In this document: piece by piece, positions 22,249 through 33,659 of the stretch
How the letters are laid out: each line of letters starts with the position of its first letter
How positions within the stretch are numbered: the first letter of the stretch is position 1
Assembly: GCA_963921275.4 (NCBI GenBank)
Contig: OZ001293.3
Coordinates: 896,001 to 960,000, forward strand
Origin: an uncultured Hormoscilla sp.
GTDB lineage: Bacteria > Cyanobacteriota > Cyanobacteriia > Cyanobacteriales > Desertifilaceae
Reading direction: 5' to 3'
Length of the DNA: 64,000 nucleotides
Program-made: the position numbers and the translations under genes
The notes under the pieces: model-generated
What the model saw: only the letters and a program-made list of their open reading frames with translations
Told to the model about the DNA's origin: nothing
The model's database searches: none

Positions 22249-22653
22249 ATGCAAAATCAGACTTTTGGCAGGGTAATCCGACAAGCTCGCAAGGACAAGG
22301 GCCACTCTCAGCGGAGTCTAGCGGCCCTGGTCAAGCTGGATTTCACATATTTGTCTAAACTGGAAAATGACCGCGCTAATTATCCCCCCAAAGAGGAGGC
22401 GATCAAGTCCCTGGCGCGTCACCTGGATTTAGATGCGGAACGGTTAATATGTCTGGCTGGCAGGATCCCACAACTGTACGAGGAAGTCCTGAAAAATAAC
22501 TACGACCAGATGCCGGTACTGCTGCGGCGTCTGCGGGAAAATCCAGAGTTTGCACAAAAGGTGTTTCAAGCTGCGATGGAGGAAGATAACGTTGTCTCCG
22601 ATCAAGCCATATCGCTTCTACCCGAAGGCAGAAATCCAGCGTCGGGCCAATGA
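22249..22653 (+). CDS. XRE-family HTH regulator
   Basis: FGRVIRQARKDKGHSQRSLA...YLSKLEND. Confidence 0.88.
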   Translation: MQNQTFGRVIRQARKDKGHSQRSLAALVKLDFTYLSKLENDRANYPPKEEAIKSLARHLDLDAERLICLAGRIPQLYEEVLKNNYDQMPVLLRRLRENPEFAQKVFQAAMEEDNVVSDQAISLLPEGRNPASGQ

Positions 22654-23263
22654 CCTGCTCATGCGGATGCAACTGACACCCAATTGGCAGCCAAGTTGGC
22701 CGTTTGAAGCCGATCGGGTGGCAGATTTTCTGGATCTGGGAGTGGTTTGGGACTCGATCCCGGCAGATGCAACCGGTCCGATTGCGGCCCGGATTCTGCC
22801 GCGCGATCGCCTGATTGAAATAAACGAAGAGATTCTGGAACTGCCGGCAGGGTTTCAACAATCGACCATTGCCCATGAAATCGGACATTGGATGCTGCAC
22901 ATTAACTACTCTCTTCTAGACGTGGAGACCGAAGAGTTGGAGTATGAGAATGCAGCGGACGGGCCGCAGCAATTTGTCTGTCGTGCCAATAGCGGTCTAG
23001 ACAAAGTAGAGTTGATCGAATGGCAAGCGCAGTATTTTGCCAGTTGTCTGCTAATGCCGAGGTCTATCCTGTCCGAGAAATGCCAGGGAAGGGATTTAAC
23101 CAAATGGTCTAATCTGTACGCCCTGCGTTCGGAGTTGGGGGTAAGTATCTCCAATTTAGTCAATCGCCTGCAAGACTTGGGTTGGATAGAAGTTCCCAAG
23201 GGGAGTCGCAAGATTTATCCGGGTACGGCGACGATCTCCGAACAGATTCCCATGTTTGGTTAG
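22592..23263 (+). CDS. ImmA/IrrE-family metallopeptidase
   Basis: TIAHEIGHW HExxH, EWQAQYFASCLLMP; likely start at TTG 22592. Confidence 0.9.
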   Translation: MSPIKPYRFYPKAEIQRRANDLLMRMQLTPNWQPSWPFEADRVADFLDLGVVWDSIPADATGPIAARILPRDRLIEINEEILELPAGFQQSTIAHEIGHWMLHINYSLLDVETEELEYENAADGPQQFVCRANSGLDKVELIEWQAQYFASCLLMPRSILSEKCQGRDLTKWSNLYALRSELGVSISNLVNRLQDLGWIEVPKGSRKIYPGTATISEQIPMFG

Positions 23264-23845
23264 ATTCGTTGATCGTTTGCAAGTAGAATCAAAGAATGAA
23301 ATTAGATTTTTTGAACTATAGTAAGCCGGTAAAACAAGAATTAGAAAAGCTGCCGCCAATACATAGAGTAGCGGCAAGTTCTTAGTGTAGTGGAATATAC
23401 TTCCGCTACGGTCGAGATATTTCTTACCAATGCCGAGGAATATGCATAAATTAGAAATGATACCGAAAAACAAATAAACATGCTAGCCAATCATCCTTTG
23501 TTAAGTAAAGAACTCGCAAAACAAAGTGAAGACTTGCAACGATTGCAATCAACGCAAACTTTAGATAGCGAATTTTTAGACCTCTCCAAAATATAAATTT
23601 ATGCTATAATAAGATTTGAGAACTTGAATTTGGAGACTTAAAGGCTATGAGCTATAGCTATAGTTATAGTTATACATGGACATCGCATAAATTACTTTTA
23701 CAAATGAGATAATTTGTTCTTCAAAGGTGTCAATGGCAGCTTGGGCTTTGTTTGTGCCATAGCGCATCGCCAAAGAACGCAACTGTTCGTTCTTGAGAAC
23801 TCAGACAATTAGATAACTCCTGCCACAGTTGCCAGTGTCCGCTCC

Positions 23846-24960
23846 TAATACCAATTCTTTATGAAGCTGCGCTAAATAAAGCTTCAAGTATAAATGTATA
23901 AGAAGTTATAGAAGCAATTTCTGCGGGAGTGATAGTTGACAAAACTTCAGCCAACTTTTGACGTAATTGAGTAAGATTTTCGCATGCCATTTAAGTTTGC
24001 TCTTGAGAAACTCCCAAAACCTTTCTATAGGATTCAGCTCTGGACAATGGGAGGGTTGATAAATTGGGATGATATTTTCTGGACAATCTAGGTTTTTTAT
24101 GGTATGACATGACATCTAACTGAAGGAGCGCCAAGTCCGGAACCAATTTCATTCGACAATAAATCTAAAAAGATTTGGAAACAATCTCCATCAAGATGAG
24201 AAAAGTCGTAGAAAAAACTGTATCCGCTTAAAGGTTCGACAACCCCGTAAAGATAAAAATTATCGCGTTTCCATTGACTTTCACCCATGGGTTTTACTCC
24301 AGGAGCTGTAGCGACCGCCAATTGTCTTTAATCCTAGACGAGTTTCATCTTGACACATATATCTAATTGATTTACCATTACCAAATTATTCTTGTAAAAT
24401 TTTAACTGCTTCGGGGAGTTTTTCTTTAAACTGTTCCCGTCTTAAAGGATCTTGCTCCCGGCTTTTTGGGCGAGGGACTTTAAGTTTAGCTCCTAGTTGA
24501 TACCTCACCAGTTTATATACAGTTTTATAAGCCATGCTGACTCCTAATTCACTCAATAACCATCCTTGAATTTGACCATGACTGTGAAATCCTTGAGGAT
24601 TAGCCAATCTTTTCTCTAAACGTTCCAAGTTTTCTGGAGTCAAAATTGGTTCCTTCCCAGGAGCTTTTTTGACTAATAGTAACTCCGCCTCCCTCTTTAT
24701 ATTTTGTTAACCACCGAGTTATCGTGGCTGAAGCTCTGCCTAAAAGCTTGCTAATCTCTTGCCGACTGGTAACTTGACCGCTTTTTAACCAATAAATCAT
24801 CTGCAATCTTTCTTTGCTACTTGCCGTCCTACTGTGCCGTAGAGCTTTTGAGATTTCGTCAATACTTTCAACCCCGATCGATAACTAATTTGCGACCCAT
24901 GATGAGAGTAATCCAAATTCAATACCTACAACTATTTTAGCGCATCCTACAACTAGCGAG
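23846..24960 (-). mobile_element. IS630-family element remnant
   Basis: GAKLKVPRP, QPSHCPELNPIERFWEFLK; end sequence TAATACCAATTCTTTATGAAGCTGCGCTA, with inverted copies near 24938 and 25079-25106. Confidence 0.8.
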
Positions 24961-25724
24961 TCTCCTTTTTAGTGATAAGTAAAACTTATCAACAGTAAAA
25001 ATAAAGGTTTTCAGCCTTTTTTTGGTGTTAATTGTATCTGGCGATACAATTAACAATAAAAACCCAGGAGAGCTATTTTAGCGCATCTTCATATAGAATT
25101 GGTATAAGATCGAAGGGATGAATCGCTTGGGTGATGGCATGGAGGGCCTGACGGTAGCTCCTTTGATCTTCTTCGGTGCATTGCTGCTGGACTTCTAGTT
25201 GCCAGAGCGCTCCCTGAAGTTCGGCACGCTTGGTCTGTTCGGTTGTCTTGGCTAGCCCTGTCAAGGTGGGTCTGATGGGTGCTGCTCTGCGTATCTACGG
25301 TAGTGATCGGGCATATTGCATCATTTTTTCTGTAGGGTCTCCAGTTTTTTATGTCATTTATGTACCAAATATATTTTTTATTCCAAATAGAGAGCCCGAG
25401 GGTGATTAATGTGGTCTGTGGCATTTTCAAGAGTGTAAATGCTACCTAGAGAGCTAAAGCAAAAGAACTCCAATCGCCCAGGGTGGCGCAGCCATGTCAG
25501 TCCCACAGCCGTTTATGATAAAATTAACAGGGTTGACAAGGGTGTTAGTAGCGAATACAACTTAGAAATTAGCTTGCTTCCCGAAGAATAAGGTATTGAC
25601 AATTGGCAAGGAACAATGAACTATTAACCACCACGAACAAAAGGATATGATTACAGTGGGATGGGCTTAGGGTGGGCACCCGAAATCGCCGCGAGTTCTT
25701 CCGACTGGGAAATGTGTAAAATTT

Positions 25725-25868
25725 GGGTGCATCTCAATGCATGCATCTTGTCAATAAATCAATTAGGCTAATTGCGAATAGTAAATTGTGAATGGAGAAG
25801 AGAATATAACGCAATTCTCAATTCGTAATTCTCAATTCGCCTCAATTTACTTGCCATGAGATGCCTCC
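25725..25868. mobile_element. MITE with 12-bp imperfect TIR and 8-bp target duplication
   Basis: TAAAATTT|GGGTGCATCTCA...TGAGATGCCTCC|TAAAATTT; internal heptamer repeats. Confidence 0.75.
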
Positions 25869-25936
25869 TAAAATTTGGTGTCCACCTACTTACTTGTGGA
25901 GTACTACTGTACAAGGTTTTTTATTCATATTCGTAA

Positions 25937-26248
25937 TCATGTTCGTCGAGCTGCCAAATCTCTAGCCCCATGAATGACTCGCACAATTTCTATGCCTGAT
26001 GCAGTAGGACGATAGAAAACTAGATAGTTCGTAAAGTTTTTAATTGCCTGCTGTCGCATATCAAGCAGTTGGGGATTAGTAAATTGACAAATTTTCCCTG
26101 TTCTTGGCATTTGCGCTAGTTGTTTGAAGGTTTCTTCGGCTGCCCGAAGAAACCTATCTGAAGCATCTAAATTTTCCAGATCAATATAGGTAGCTATTTC
26201 GATCAAATCACGGATGACTTGCGGACGCTTGTAGATTTCCCTCATCAT
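25937..26248 (-). CDS. parE: ParE/RelE family toxin
   Basis: DLIEIATYI...YLVFYRP...IEIVRVIHGARDL. Confidence 0.88.
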   Translation of the reverse strand: MMREIYKRPQVIRDLIEIATYIDLENLDASDRFLRAAEETFKQLAQMPRTGKICQFTNPQLLDMRQQAIKNFTNYLVFYRPTASGIEIVRVIHGARDLAARRT

Positions 26249-26496
26249 TTCTGCTGTTTTCCTTCTCGCACTGCGATCCGAATTTCTTCCCAGTCTCGTG
26301 CAGTCATCGGTTCGGCAGTACCTGACTCTATGCCCTCTATTAACATGTTTTCTAGGCGTTGTTTGGCTTGGCGTTCGAGATCCTGCTGCACTAAGATGCT
26401 AAAATACTCGCTGGCATTGCTATAATTGCCCAGTCGTATTTGCTCTTCAACATAGACTCCCTGGGAGTTGGGTAGAGAAATGACTATGTTTTTCAT
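26245..26496 (-). CDS. parD: ParD family antitoxin
   Basis: ISLP...GNYSNASEYF...LIEGIESG. Confidence 0.88.
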   Translation of the reverse strand: MKNIVISLPNSQGVYVEEQIRLGNYSNASEYFSILVQQDLERQAKQRLENMLIEGIESGTAEPMTARDWEEIRIAVREGKQQK

Positions 26497-26617
26497 TGGC
26501 TAACTCCAGAGTTTATACATGTTGTTGACATTATGACATATTTTCGCCTTGCCAATTGACAATTGGCAAGGAACCATGAACCATCAACCATAAAGGATTA
26601 ACCACGAACAAAAGGAT

Positions 26618-27262
26618 ATGATTACAGTTGCCTTACCTAAAGGCGCACTGCTAGAGGATAGCATCAAGCTGTTGCAAGCAGTAGGCTTAGATTTCAGCGC
26701 CTTTCTGGACTCCTCGGGCCGCCAATTGCAGATAGAAGACCCCACTCATACTGCTAAAGCCTTGTTAGTGCGGGCTCAGGATGTACCGGTGTATGTAGAA
26801 TACGGTCAAGCCCAGTTAGGGATGGTGGGTTACGATGTCTTGCGGGAGAAAAAACCATTAGTCGCTAACTTGGCAGACCTCGGGTTTGGCAAATGTCGCA
26901 TGTCGATCGCGGTCAAGAAGTCTAGTGGTTACCAGTCGGCCTTGGAACTACCGCCTCACTGTCGGGTGGCCTCGAAGTTTGTCTACTGCGCCCGGGAATA
27001 TTTTCACAATATAGACTTGCCAGTGGAAATAATCCCCCTTTATGGTTCAGTAGAATTGGGACCGATTACGGGGATGTCAGAGGCGATCGTGGATTTAGTT
27101 TCCACGGGTCGCACCCTGCGAGAAAATGGTTTAGTTGAGCTGGAAATTTTGTTTGAAAGTACAGCACGGCTGATTGCTCATCCCCTTAGTTATCGCCTCA
27201 ATCTGGACGGTCTAAATGATTTGATTGCACAGCTGCGCGCTACTACTTTAGCGATGGTTTAA
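26618..27262 (+). CDS. hisG: ATP phosphoribosyltransferase (short form)
   Basis: [39 protein letters not shown]. Confidence 0.97.
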   Translation: MITVALPKGALLEDSIKLLQAVGLDFSAFLDSSGRQLQIEDPTHTAKALLVRAQDVPVYVEYGQAQLGMVGYDVLREKKPLVANLADLGFGKCRMSIAVKKSSGYQSALELPPHCRVASKFVYCAREYFHNIDLPVEIIPLYGSVELGPITGMSEAIVDLVSTGRTLRENGLVELEILFESTARLIAHPLSYRLNLDGLNDLIAQLRATTLAMV

Positions 27263-27646
27263 TCTGTTATACTGCGAATGGTCAAGAACTGCGCAAAGAA
27301 GAGCAGCTAATATGTCATTGCGAGGGGGGGGGGATAATTGAGAGATGCAAGTGCCTCCGGAGTAACATCCCCGGGCCTTCGCAGCGGCGTGACGCCAGGA
27401 GCGCTAGCAATCTCCACGCGCTGGGTGGGAGATTGCTTCGGGGGGTCTGATAGTTGTGCGAACCTTCGTTACTGCTGCCAGAGCCCCCCTCGCTCCGGAC
27501 ACCAACAATGAGCGTCGGCGGCCAAAGAAGCCGGGTTTCTGAGCACAGAGTTTCTCAGGTTGTTCTATCTCATGCATAATGCTATCCTACTCTAGATTGG
27601 GAAAGTACTTGCAGTTTTGTCATATATCTGAAGTATTAGGTCATAA

Positions 27647-29461
27647 ATGACGAGAAAATCAGCAAAAGTTGTCAAAAATCGTCGGGAAAGTGACTGGCGA
27701 CTATTTCTGCGATTAGTGCCTTATACCCGTCGCCAGGGACCGCTGCTAGCGGTGTCGATGCTGCTATTGGTGCCCTTATCATTAGCAGGTGCCGTTCAGC
27801 CCCTGATCGTCGGGCAGGCAGTCTCTTTGATTAAAAATGAGCCAACCTGGGCAATAATTGCAGACCGTACTCTATCATCAGGCTTAAATATTCTCGGAGT
27901 GTTGCTCTTAGGGACGATCGCCTTCCGGCTATTTTTTCTGGGGTTCCAAGGCTATTTGGTACAGAAAATCGGACAACAAATTACTGCTGATATTAGAAAT
28001 GATTTGTTCGACCATGTCACCAATCTGGCGGTGCGATTTTTTGACCGCACTCCCGTCGGGAAATTAATTACCCGTCTCACCAGTGATGTGGATGCCTTGG
28101 GAGAGGTGTTTTCTACAGGCGCGATCGGGATAATAAACGATATCTTTGCGATCGTAGCCATTGTCATTATCATGTTTTCCCAGCAATGGCAACTAGCTAG
28201 TTTGCTAGTCCTGATGTTGCTGCCCGTGACCGGTCTAATTGTTTACTTCCAAAATCAATATCGCCAAGCCAATTATCAAGCCAGAGAAGAACTTTCTGCC
28301 CTCAACTCCCTGCTGCAAGAAAACATTGTGGGCATCGATGTCGTGCAGCTGTTCCGCCGCGAACGCTTCAATGGCGAATTATTTCGCCGTACCAACCAGC
28401 AATATATCAAAGAAGTAGAAAAAACAATCTTTCACGATTCAGCAATTTCTGCTACTCTAGAGTGGATTTCTCTAGCCGCGATCGGGGGAGTGCTGTGGAT
28501 GGGAAGTATCTTAGTGATGCAGTCAAACCTGAAGTTTGGCACCCTAGCAGAATTTATCCTCTTTGCCCCTCGTCTGTTCGACCCCTTGCGGCGATTTGCA
28601 GAAAAATTCACCATGTTTCAAGCGGGATTTACAGCCATCGAGCGCATCAGCGACATCATGGACGAGCCCATAGAAATCCGCGATCCAGAACTCGTTCATC
28701 CCGTACAGCATCCGACAACAATCAACAATGAAACTGGGGAAATTAGGTTTGAGAATGTCTCCTTTGCTTACAAAGGAGATGAATATGTCCTGAAAAACCT
28801 GAACTTTACCATCCATCCGGGAGAAAAAGTAGCCTTAGTTGGTCCGACAGGTGCGGGCAAAAGTTCGATTATCAGGCTACTATGCCGACTATATGAAGCC
28901 ACCCACGGGCGCATACTCGTAGATGGCATTGATATCCGAGACTTGCGCCAAACAGCATTGCGCCGTCATTTAGGAGTAATTCTCCAAGATGGGTTTCTGT
29001 TTGCCGGAGATATCAAGAGCAACATCTCTCTAGGAGAAAATTATGATTTGGCAGAAATCCAGAAAGCAGCGCAAATAACCAATGTTGCCAGTTTTATCGA
29101 ACAACTACCTCAAGGTTACGATACCCAACTGCGACAGCGGGGGACGAATCTTTCCAGCGGTCAAAAGCAACTATTAGCCTTTGCCCGGGTAGCAATTCGC
29201 GACCCGAGGATTTTAGTCCTAGACGAAGCAACGGCGAATCTGGATGTGGGTACAGAAGCTTTAATTCAACAAGCATTAGACCAGTTATTAGTAGGACGGA
29301 CGGCGATTATCATTGCTCACCGACTCTCGACAATTCGCAATGTAGACCGAATTTTGGTGCTGAAGCGAGGCGAACTGATAGAATCAGGTAGTCACGAGCA
29401 ATTGTTACAGCAAAATGGTTTGTATGCCAGTTTGTATAAGTTGCAGATGTTGGGGAATTGA
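27647..29461 (+). CDS. ABC transporter ATP-binding/permease (MdlB-like)
   Basis: TM domain; GPTGAGKS, LSSGQKQ, LVLDEAT, IAHRLST. Confidence 0.95.
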   Translation: MTRKSAKVVKNRRESDWRLFLRLVPYTRRQGPLLAVSMLLLVPLSLAGAVQPLIVGQAVSLIKNEPTWAIIADRTLSSGLNILGVLLLGTIAFRLFFLGFQGYLVQKIGQQITADIRNDLFDHVTNLAVRFFDRTPVGKLITRLTSDVDALGEVFSTGAIGIINDIFAIVAIVIIMFSQQWQLASLLVLMLLPVTGLIVYFQNQYRQANYQAREELSALNSLLQENIVGIDVVQLFRRERFNGELFRRTNQQYIKEVEKTIFHDSAISATLEWISLAAIGGVLWMGSILVMQSNLKFGTLAEFILFAPRLFDPLRRFAEKFTMFQAGFTAIERISDIMDEPIEIRDPELVHPVQHPTTINNETGEIRFENVSFAYKGDEYVLKNLNFTIHPGEKVALVGPTGAGKSSIIRLLCRLYEATHGRILVDGIDIRDLRQTALRRHLGVILQDGFLFAGDIKSNISLGENYDLAEIQKAAQITNVASFIEQLPQGYDTQLRQRGTNLSSGQKQLLAFARVAIRDPRILVLDEATANLDVGTEALIQQALDQLLVGRTAIIIAHRLSTIRNVDRILVLKRGELIESGSHEQLLQQNGLYASLYKLQMLGN

Positions 29462-29505
29462 GAATTGTAAATTGAGAATTGTAAATTGAGAATTGGGAGA
29501 ATTGG
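29455..29505. repeat. STRR-like heptamer repeats
   Basis: (GAATTGT/AAATTGA)n directly after the ABC transporter stop. Confidence 0.7.
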
Positions 29506-29816
29506 AACTCACATTTTCCCTCGCTCTGCCCGTCAAGGCGATCGTCACCCAGCAGGTTGGGATCAGTGCTGACCATAGCGACTGCTGTATGCTGGGTTTT
29601 TCATGATGATTGAAGTCAAAATTTCCTACTATTATAGCAGGCTATCTGGCTTAAAAAATACCAAATCTTTAGAAAAAGAGAGAGACAGCAACGCGCAATA
29701 CTTCTCGGTTAATAATCTGTCCGGAGCGATTATGAGCGCAGCGTGGGGGGAAACCCAAACCGATAATTTACAGCTCTCTACCAGGATCCCCCCGAAGCAA
29801 TATTCCCCATAACTTA

Positions 29817-30203
29817 TCAGACTGGGACCGGAACGCGCCACTTGTAGCCTCCAGCCTTGGGTAATTCTTTTTCGTAGTCACAGGCTGCAACTGCTTGAAA
29901 TCCCCAAGACCACAAACTTTCTAAAAGTTTTGAAACCAGTGCGATTTGAGCTGGGCGCTGCTGCCCGGGAAGAGCATCAACATCCATGTAGTAACGAAAA
30001 TAAACAAATTCCTCCGGTTCCTCATGGCGACGCTCTGGCTTGAAGTCTTCATTTTTCTTGATATCGATTTCATAATTGGCAGTGCATACCGTATCGATAT
30101 CGACCGTACCTCCCACTAACTGGGCTACTTTCTCTAAAAGCTCGTCGCCAGAAACGTCGGCGTCAACGTAGATTTAGCAATATAATTCATCAGTACTATT
30201 CAT
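29817..30203 (-). pseudogene. Hypothetical (immunity-like) gene with nonsense codon at position 10
   Basis: MNSTDELYC*IYVDAD... is in frame with ORF 29817-30116. Confidence 0.55.
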
Positions 30204-30561
30204 CAGCTCTACTCCTACGCTACAAAAAACGGCGCTACAAAAAACGGCGCTACAAAAAACGGACATTAGCTTCACGGGACGATAATCCAAGGTCCTCTGT
30301 CAAATTCACCCCCGATTCTAATTACCGCGATAACTTAGGGGATTCCAAGCAACAAACTCCCCAATTCGTAGAGCAGGCTTCCGCAAAGCTACCGACCCCG
30401 AACAGGCGGGACGTCTTACGGCAAGGCAAGGAGGCAAAGCAAGGGAGGGTTATAGAGATTGGAAATCCCTTATATTAGAGCTTAAAGCAACAACCTCCGT
30501 GCTGTCATCTAGCCCGCGCCGGCGGGCTTTGTGCGTGTAGCCGGACCCCTCCACGGCTCTA

Positions 30562-31680
30562 TTATCCCAAACGCGCAAGAAGAGCCATCCCTCTGTCATC
30601 TCCCCCCTTTGGAGGTGCCCAAACTTTTGGGTCTTCCAAAAATTGAGTTAACTCTTCCTCTCCAAATTTGCCATCTCGCATTTGCGCGAAGAACTTGCTA
30701 AGCGCTCCTGCAATTCTTGAACCATCCGTACTGACCAAAGTCTCTCCTGCACCGTCTGTAAGCGCAGCAATACCAGTTAGGTTATGGCTGGGGAGGAAAC
30801 CGTGGTGAATGTCTGCATCTTTAATTTTGTCGCTGACAAAAGTAGTTTCGTTAGCAAACTCACTTTTGCCAAGGGGACCAACTAATTCTAGTTTGTTGTC
30901 CTTTTCAACAACAATAAATCCATCTCCGACTTTGAGCCAAAATAAGCGATTTTTGCCCAATACCGCAATCAGTAATGTACAGTTCAATTCATTAACGGAG
31001 CAGTTTTTCTTGTGAGAGAGTTCTTTTAGCGTTTCGATCGCACGCTTTATCAAACTATCTGCATACTTCTCGCCTTCTTCGTCATTAATTTCTTGTTCTC
31101 GATCGAGCAGTTCGTGGTAAATAGAATCTTCTCCCTGTGATGTTATAAATTCAGACAATTTCTCAACAACAGCTTGAGAACCAAGATGAGATAGTCTAGC
31201 ACTACCAGCCCCATCAGCTACGAAAATTGCTGGGAGTGGTTCTAATACAGCAAGTGTTGCATCTTGGCAGGGAACAGGTGGCTCATATCGAAGATGTGAA
31301 TGACCAACTTGCTTAGCATGAATACCTCGCCATTTTGTACTATTTGGATACCGCTCCAGAGGATTGCTAAATTCTTCTGTTGTTAACGGAATGCTTTTCT
31401 CTTCGCTTTTTGCCTTAATGCTTTTTTCTTCGCTTTTATCCGTTTTAGATTTAACATCCTTTATAAGCTCATCAGGTACTTTCTTTTCCCCTAATTCTTT
31501 TTGCTGATCCTGCAGCTTCCCGAGCCGAATATAAAATTTATCCTTTTGCTTTGTCGAAACAGCCTCACATATCGCTTTTATACAATTTCGATACCGCTCC
31601 AGAAGATTGCTAAATTCTTCTGTTGTGAACGGAATGCTTTTCTCTTCGCTTTTTCTTTTTGCCTTTCCATTTTTACTCAT
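30562..31680 (-). CDS. PP2C-like phosphatase (TerY-P triad) with duplicated N-terminal peptide
   Basis: GHSH...CQDA, VADGAGSA, KVGDG, LTDG, GDDR. Confidence 0.88.
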   Translation of the reverse strand: MSKNGKAKRKSEEKSIPFTTEEFSNLLERYRNCIKAICEAVSTKQKDKFYIRLGKLQDQQKELGEKKVPDELIKDVKSKTDKSEEKSIKAKSEEKSIPLTTEEFSNPLERYPNSTKWRGIHAKQVGHSHLRYEPPVPCQDATLAVLEPLPAIFVADGAGSARLSHLGSQAVVEKLSEFITSQGEDSIYHELLDREQEINDEEGEKYADSLIKRAIETLKELSHKKNCSVNELNCTLLIAVLGKNRLFWLKVGDGFIVVEKDNKLELVGPLGKSEFANETTFVSDKIKDADIHHGFLPSHNLTGIAALTDGAGETLVSTDGSRIAGALSKFFAQMRDGKFGEEELTQFLEDPKVWAPPKGGDDRGMALLARLG

Positions 31681-31845
31681 ACATCCAGTTCCTAATCATT
31701 TATACTACCAACGTCAGGCAGGAAATCCAACAAAATTTCAAAACTTTGACATCACTTTGATATCAAGTTCGGCAAGGAGTTTTCATTTTCATGTTTGAAT
31801 GGTATCCCATCCTTTTGTTCCAGTTCCTGGAGTAGAAACACTCAC

Positions 31846-32538
31846 TTATGCTTGAATGCTATCCCATCCTGTTGTTGGTGGCAACTCTACTCCAGTTCCT
31901 GGAGTAGAAACACTCACTTGTGCCATACTTGCTGAGAGCCACTTGAAGAAGTCTCGGAATCTATACCCTGTTAATGTCTTGGGCGGGCGATCGGCTGGGC
32001 AAGCCTGAGCAAGTTTCTCTATATTACAGGAATTACCGATACCAATCCCAAAAACTAATATTTTATTATTCTCAGCCAATTGCCGAAGCGTAGCTGCTGC
32101 TTCGCGATAGACATGATCATCGGTAGGTTTACCATCAGTCATTAGCACTATCCAAGGTTTATAGTGAGCAACACCATTATCTTTGTATGCTTGCGTTCGT
32201 TTTTCCAATACCTCAATTGCTTTCAGAATTGCCGATCCCATTGCTGTTGCTCCGCTCGCAGTAAATATAGGTGTATTAACCTGCAAGATTGATTGGACTG
32301 GGATTACCTCATTTACAATTGTCCCAAACGTAATAACTCCTAATTCAACGGCAGAAGATGCAAAGTCATCTTGACAAACTTCTTCAATAAACTGATTAAC
32401 GCCCTGGTTGAGTTCGTTGATCGGATCTCCATGCATGCTGGAGCTGACATCCAAAACCAACATACATGCACAACGCGGAGTTGGATTTTATATTAAATCT
32501 AAATCGCCATCTAAATCGCTATAGCTATTTGCCCACAT
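31846..32538 (-). pseudogene. terY: TerY-like vWA protein with nonsense codon at 32488-32490
   Basis: MWANSYSDLDGDLDLI*NPTPRCACMLVLDVSSSM (MIDAS), KPWIVLMTDGKPTD, FFKWLSASM; restart at 32463 possible. Confidence 0.85.
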
Positions 32539-32639
32539 CTTCCTATCTCTCCCTCAAAGTAAACGAAAGTACTGTGAATTGCAACAATTTTGTTTGGTAG
32601 TTTTGAATCGTAACTCTAGTTTCGTGCTGAACCCATTGG

Positions 32640-33629
32640 TCATTCTTCATCTTCTTGACTTGGTTTTGGCTGTGCTGGTCTTATTTCTGAAGTGTTATAC
32701 TCCATATTCATTGCCCAGTAATATTTTTCAAGAGTATCTTTCCATTCTGAAATTGATGCTCGGCTTGATGGATCGCGAACACCATACCTCAATGTTTGAA
32801 TAAACAAGGTTTTAACATTATACGTCAGGTGACTCCAAATAATATACCAAGGACCTGGTGGTAAACTCCCTGCCTTTCCTGGTGGAGCGCCTCCTTTACC
32901 ATAAGGGAAATTACCCTTCCTAAGATTTTCAACCGGATTCCCACCGCCAATCTGGCTATAAGGATGCTGTCCCAGCATTAAGCACTGAAACATAAGTATC
33001 GCTAGTGAAAACAGATCGCTTTCGACTGTTCTAGTAATAGTTTTAAAATCCTTGCCATGATGTTCTACAGGTGTCATCTCAGGTTTCCCCACAGGACAGT
33101 GGTAGACTCTGGTTGCACTCTTAATCTGGTAGCTATCAGTATCAATCAGGCATACCTTAAACGAAGTGGAATCTCCCAGTACATTGTCTAGGTTTATGTC
33201 ACCGATACATATCCCTTTTTGGTGTAGCTTTTCAACCGTGTCTAACAGATGCAATAGCATCTTAACAATTCCCCTCCTATCTATGCCTGAAAAATATTTT
33301 CGGTAGAGCATTGGATGAGCTAATTTGCTTAGCTGAACGCCTTTAGCTCGTTTCATAGCGTAGCCAATCCATTCACCTTTAGCATTAAAAACCTGTATTT
33401 GTGGCCAAGTCAGATAGCGATTCTCAATAATATCCCGCATCTGGGTTTGAACATGAACTTTTTCTCTCAGTTTATCTCCTCTCTTCTTCAATTTGTCGGC
33501 ATTAAAAATTTTGACCAAAATATTAGGGTTCTCACTGAGGCAATATACATTTCCTTGCCCACCGCTGCCAACAAGTTCGCCAAGCTGACGTGGTTGCTTA
33601 TTTTTCTCATAGACAGTCAAATTGTTCAT
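32640..33629 (-). CDS. Ser/Thr kinase-like protein (TerY-P triad)
   Basis: GSGGQGNVY, LVKIF, IGDINLDN, LIDTDSYQ, GQHPY. Confidence 0.88.
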   Translation of the reverse strand: MNNLTVYEKNKQPRQLGELVGSGGQGNVYCLSENPNILVKIFNADKLKKRGDKLREKVHVQTQMRDIIENRYLTWPQIQVFNAKGEWIGYAMKRAKGVQLSKLAHPMLYRKYFSGIDRRGIVKMLLHLLDTVEKLHQKGICIGDINLDNVLGDSTSFKVCLIDTDSYQIKSATRVYHCPVGKPEMTPVEHHGKDFKTITRTVESDLFSLAILMFQCLMLGQHPYSQIGGGNPVENLRKGNFPYGKGGAPPGKAGSLPPGPWYIIWSHLTYNVKTLFIQTLRYGVRDPSSRASISEWKDTLEKYYWAMNMEYNTSEIRPAQPKPSQEDEE

Positions 33630-33659
33630 ATAGCACTTTTAACTGAACGGGGACAGACA

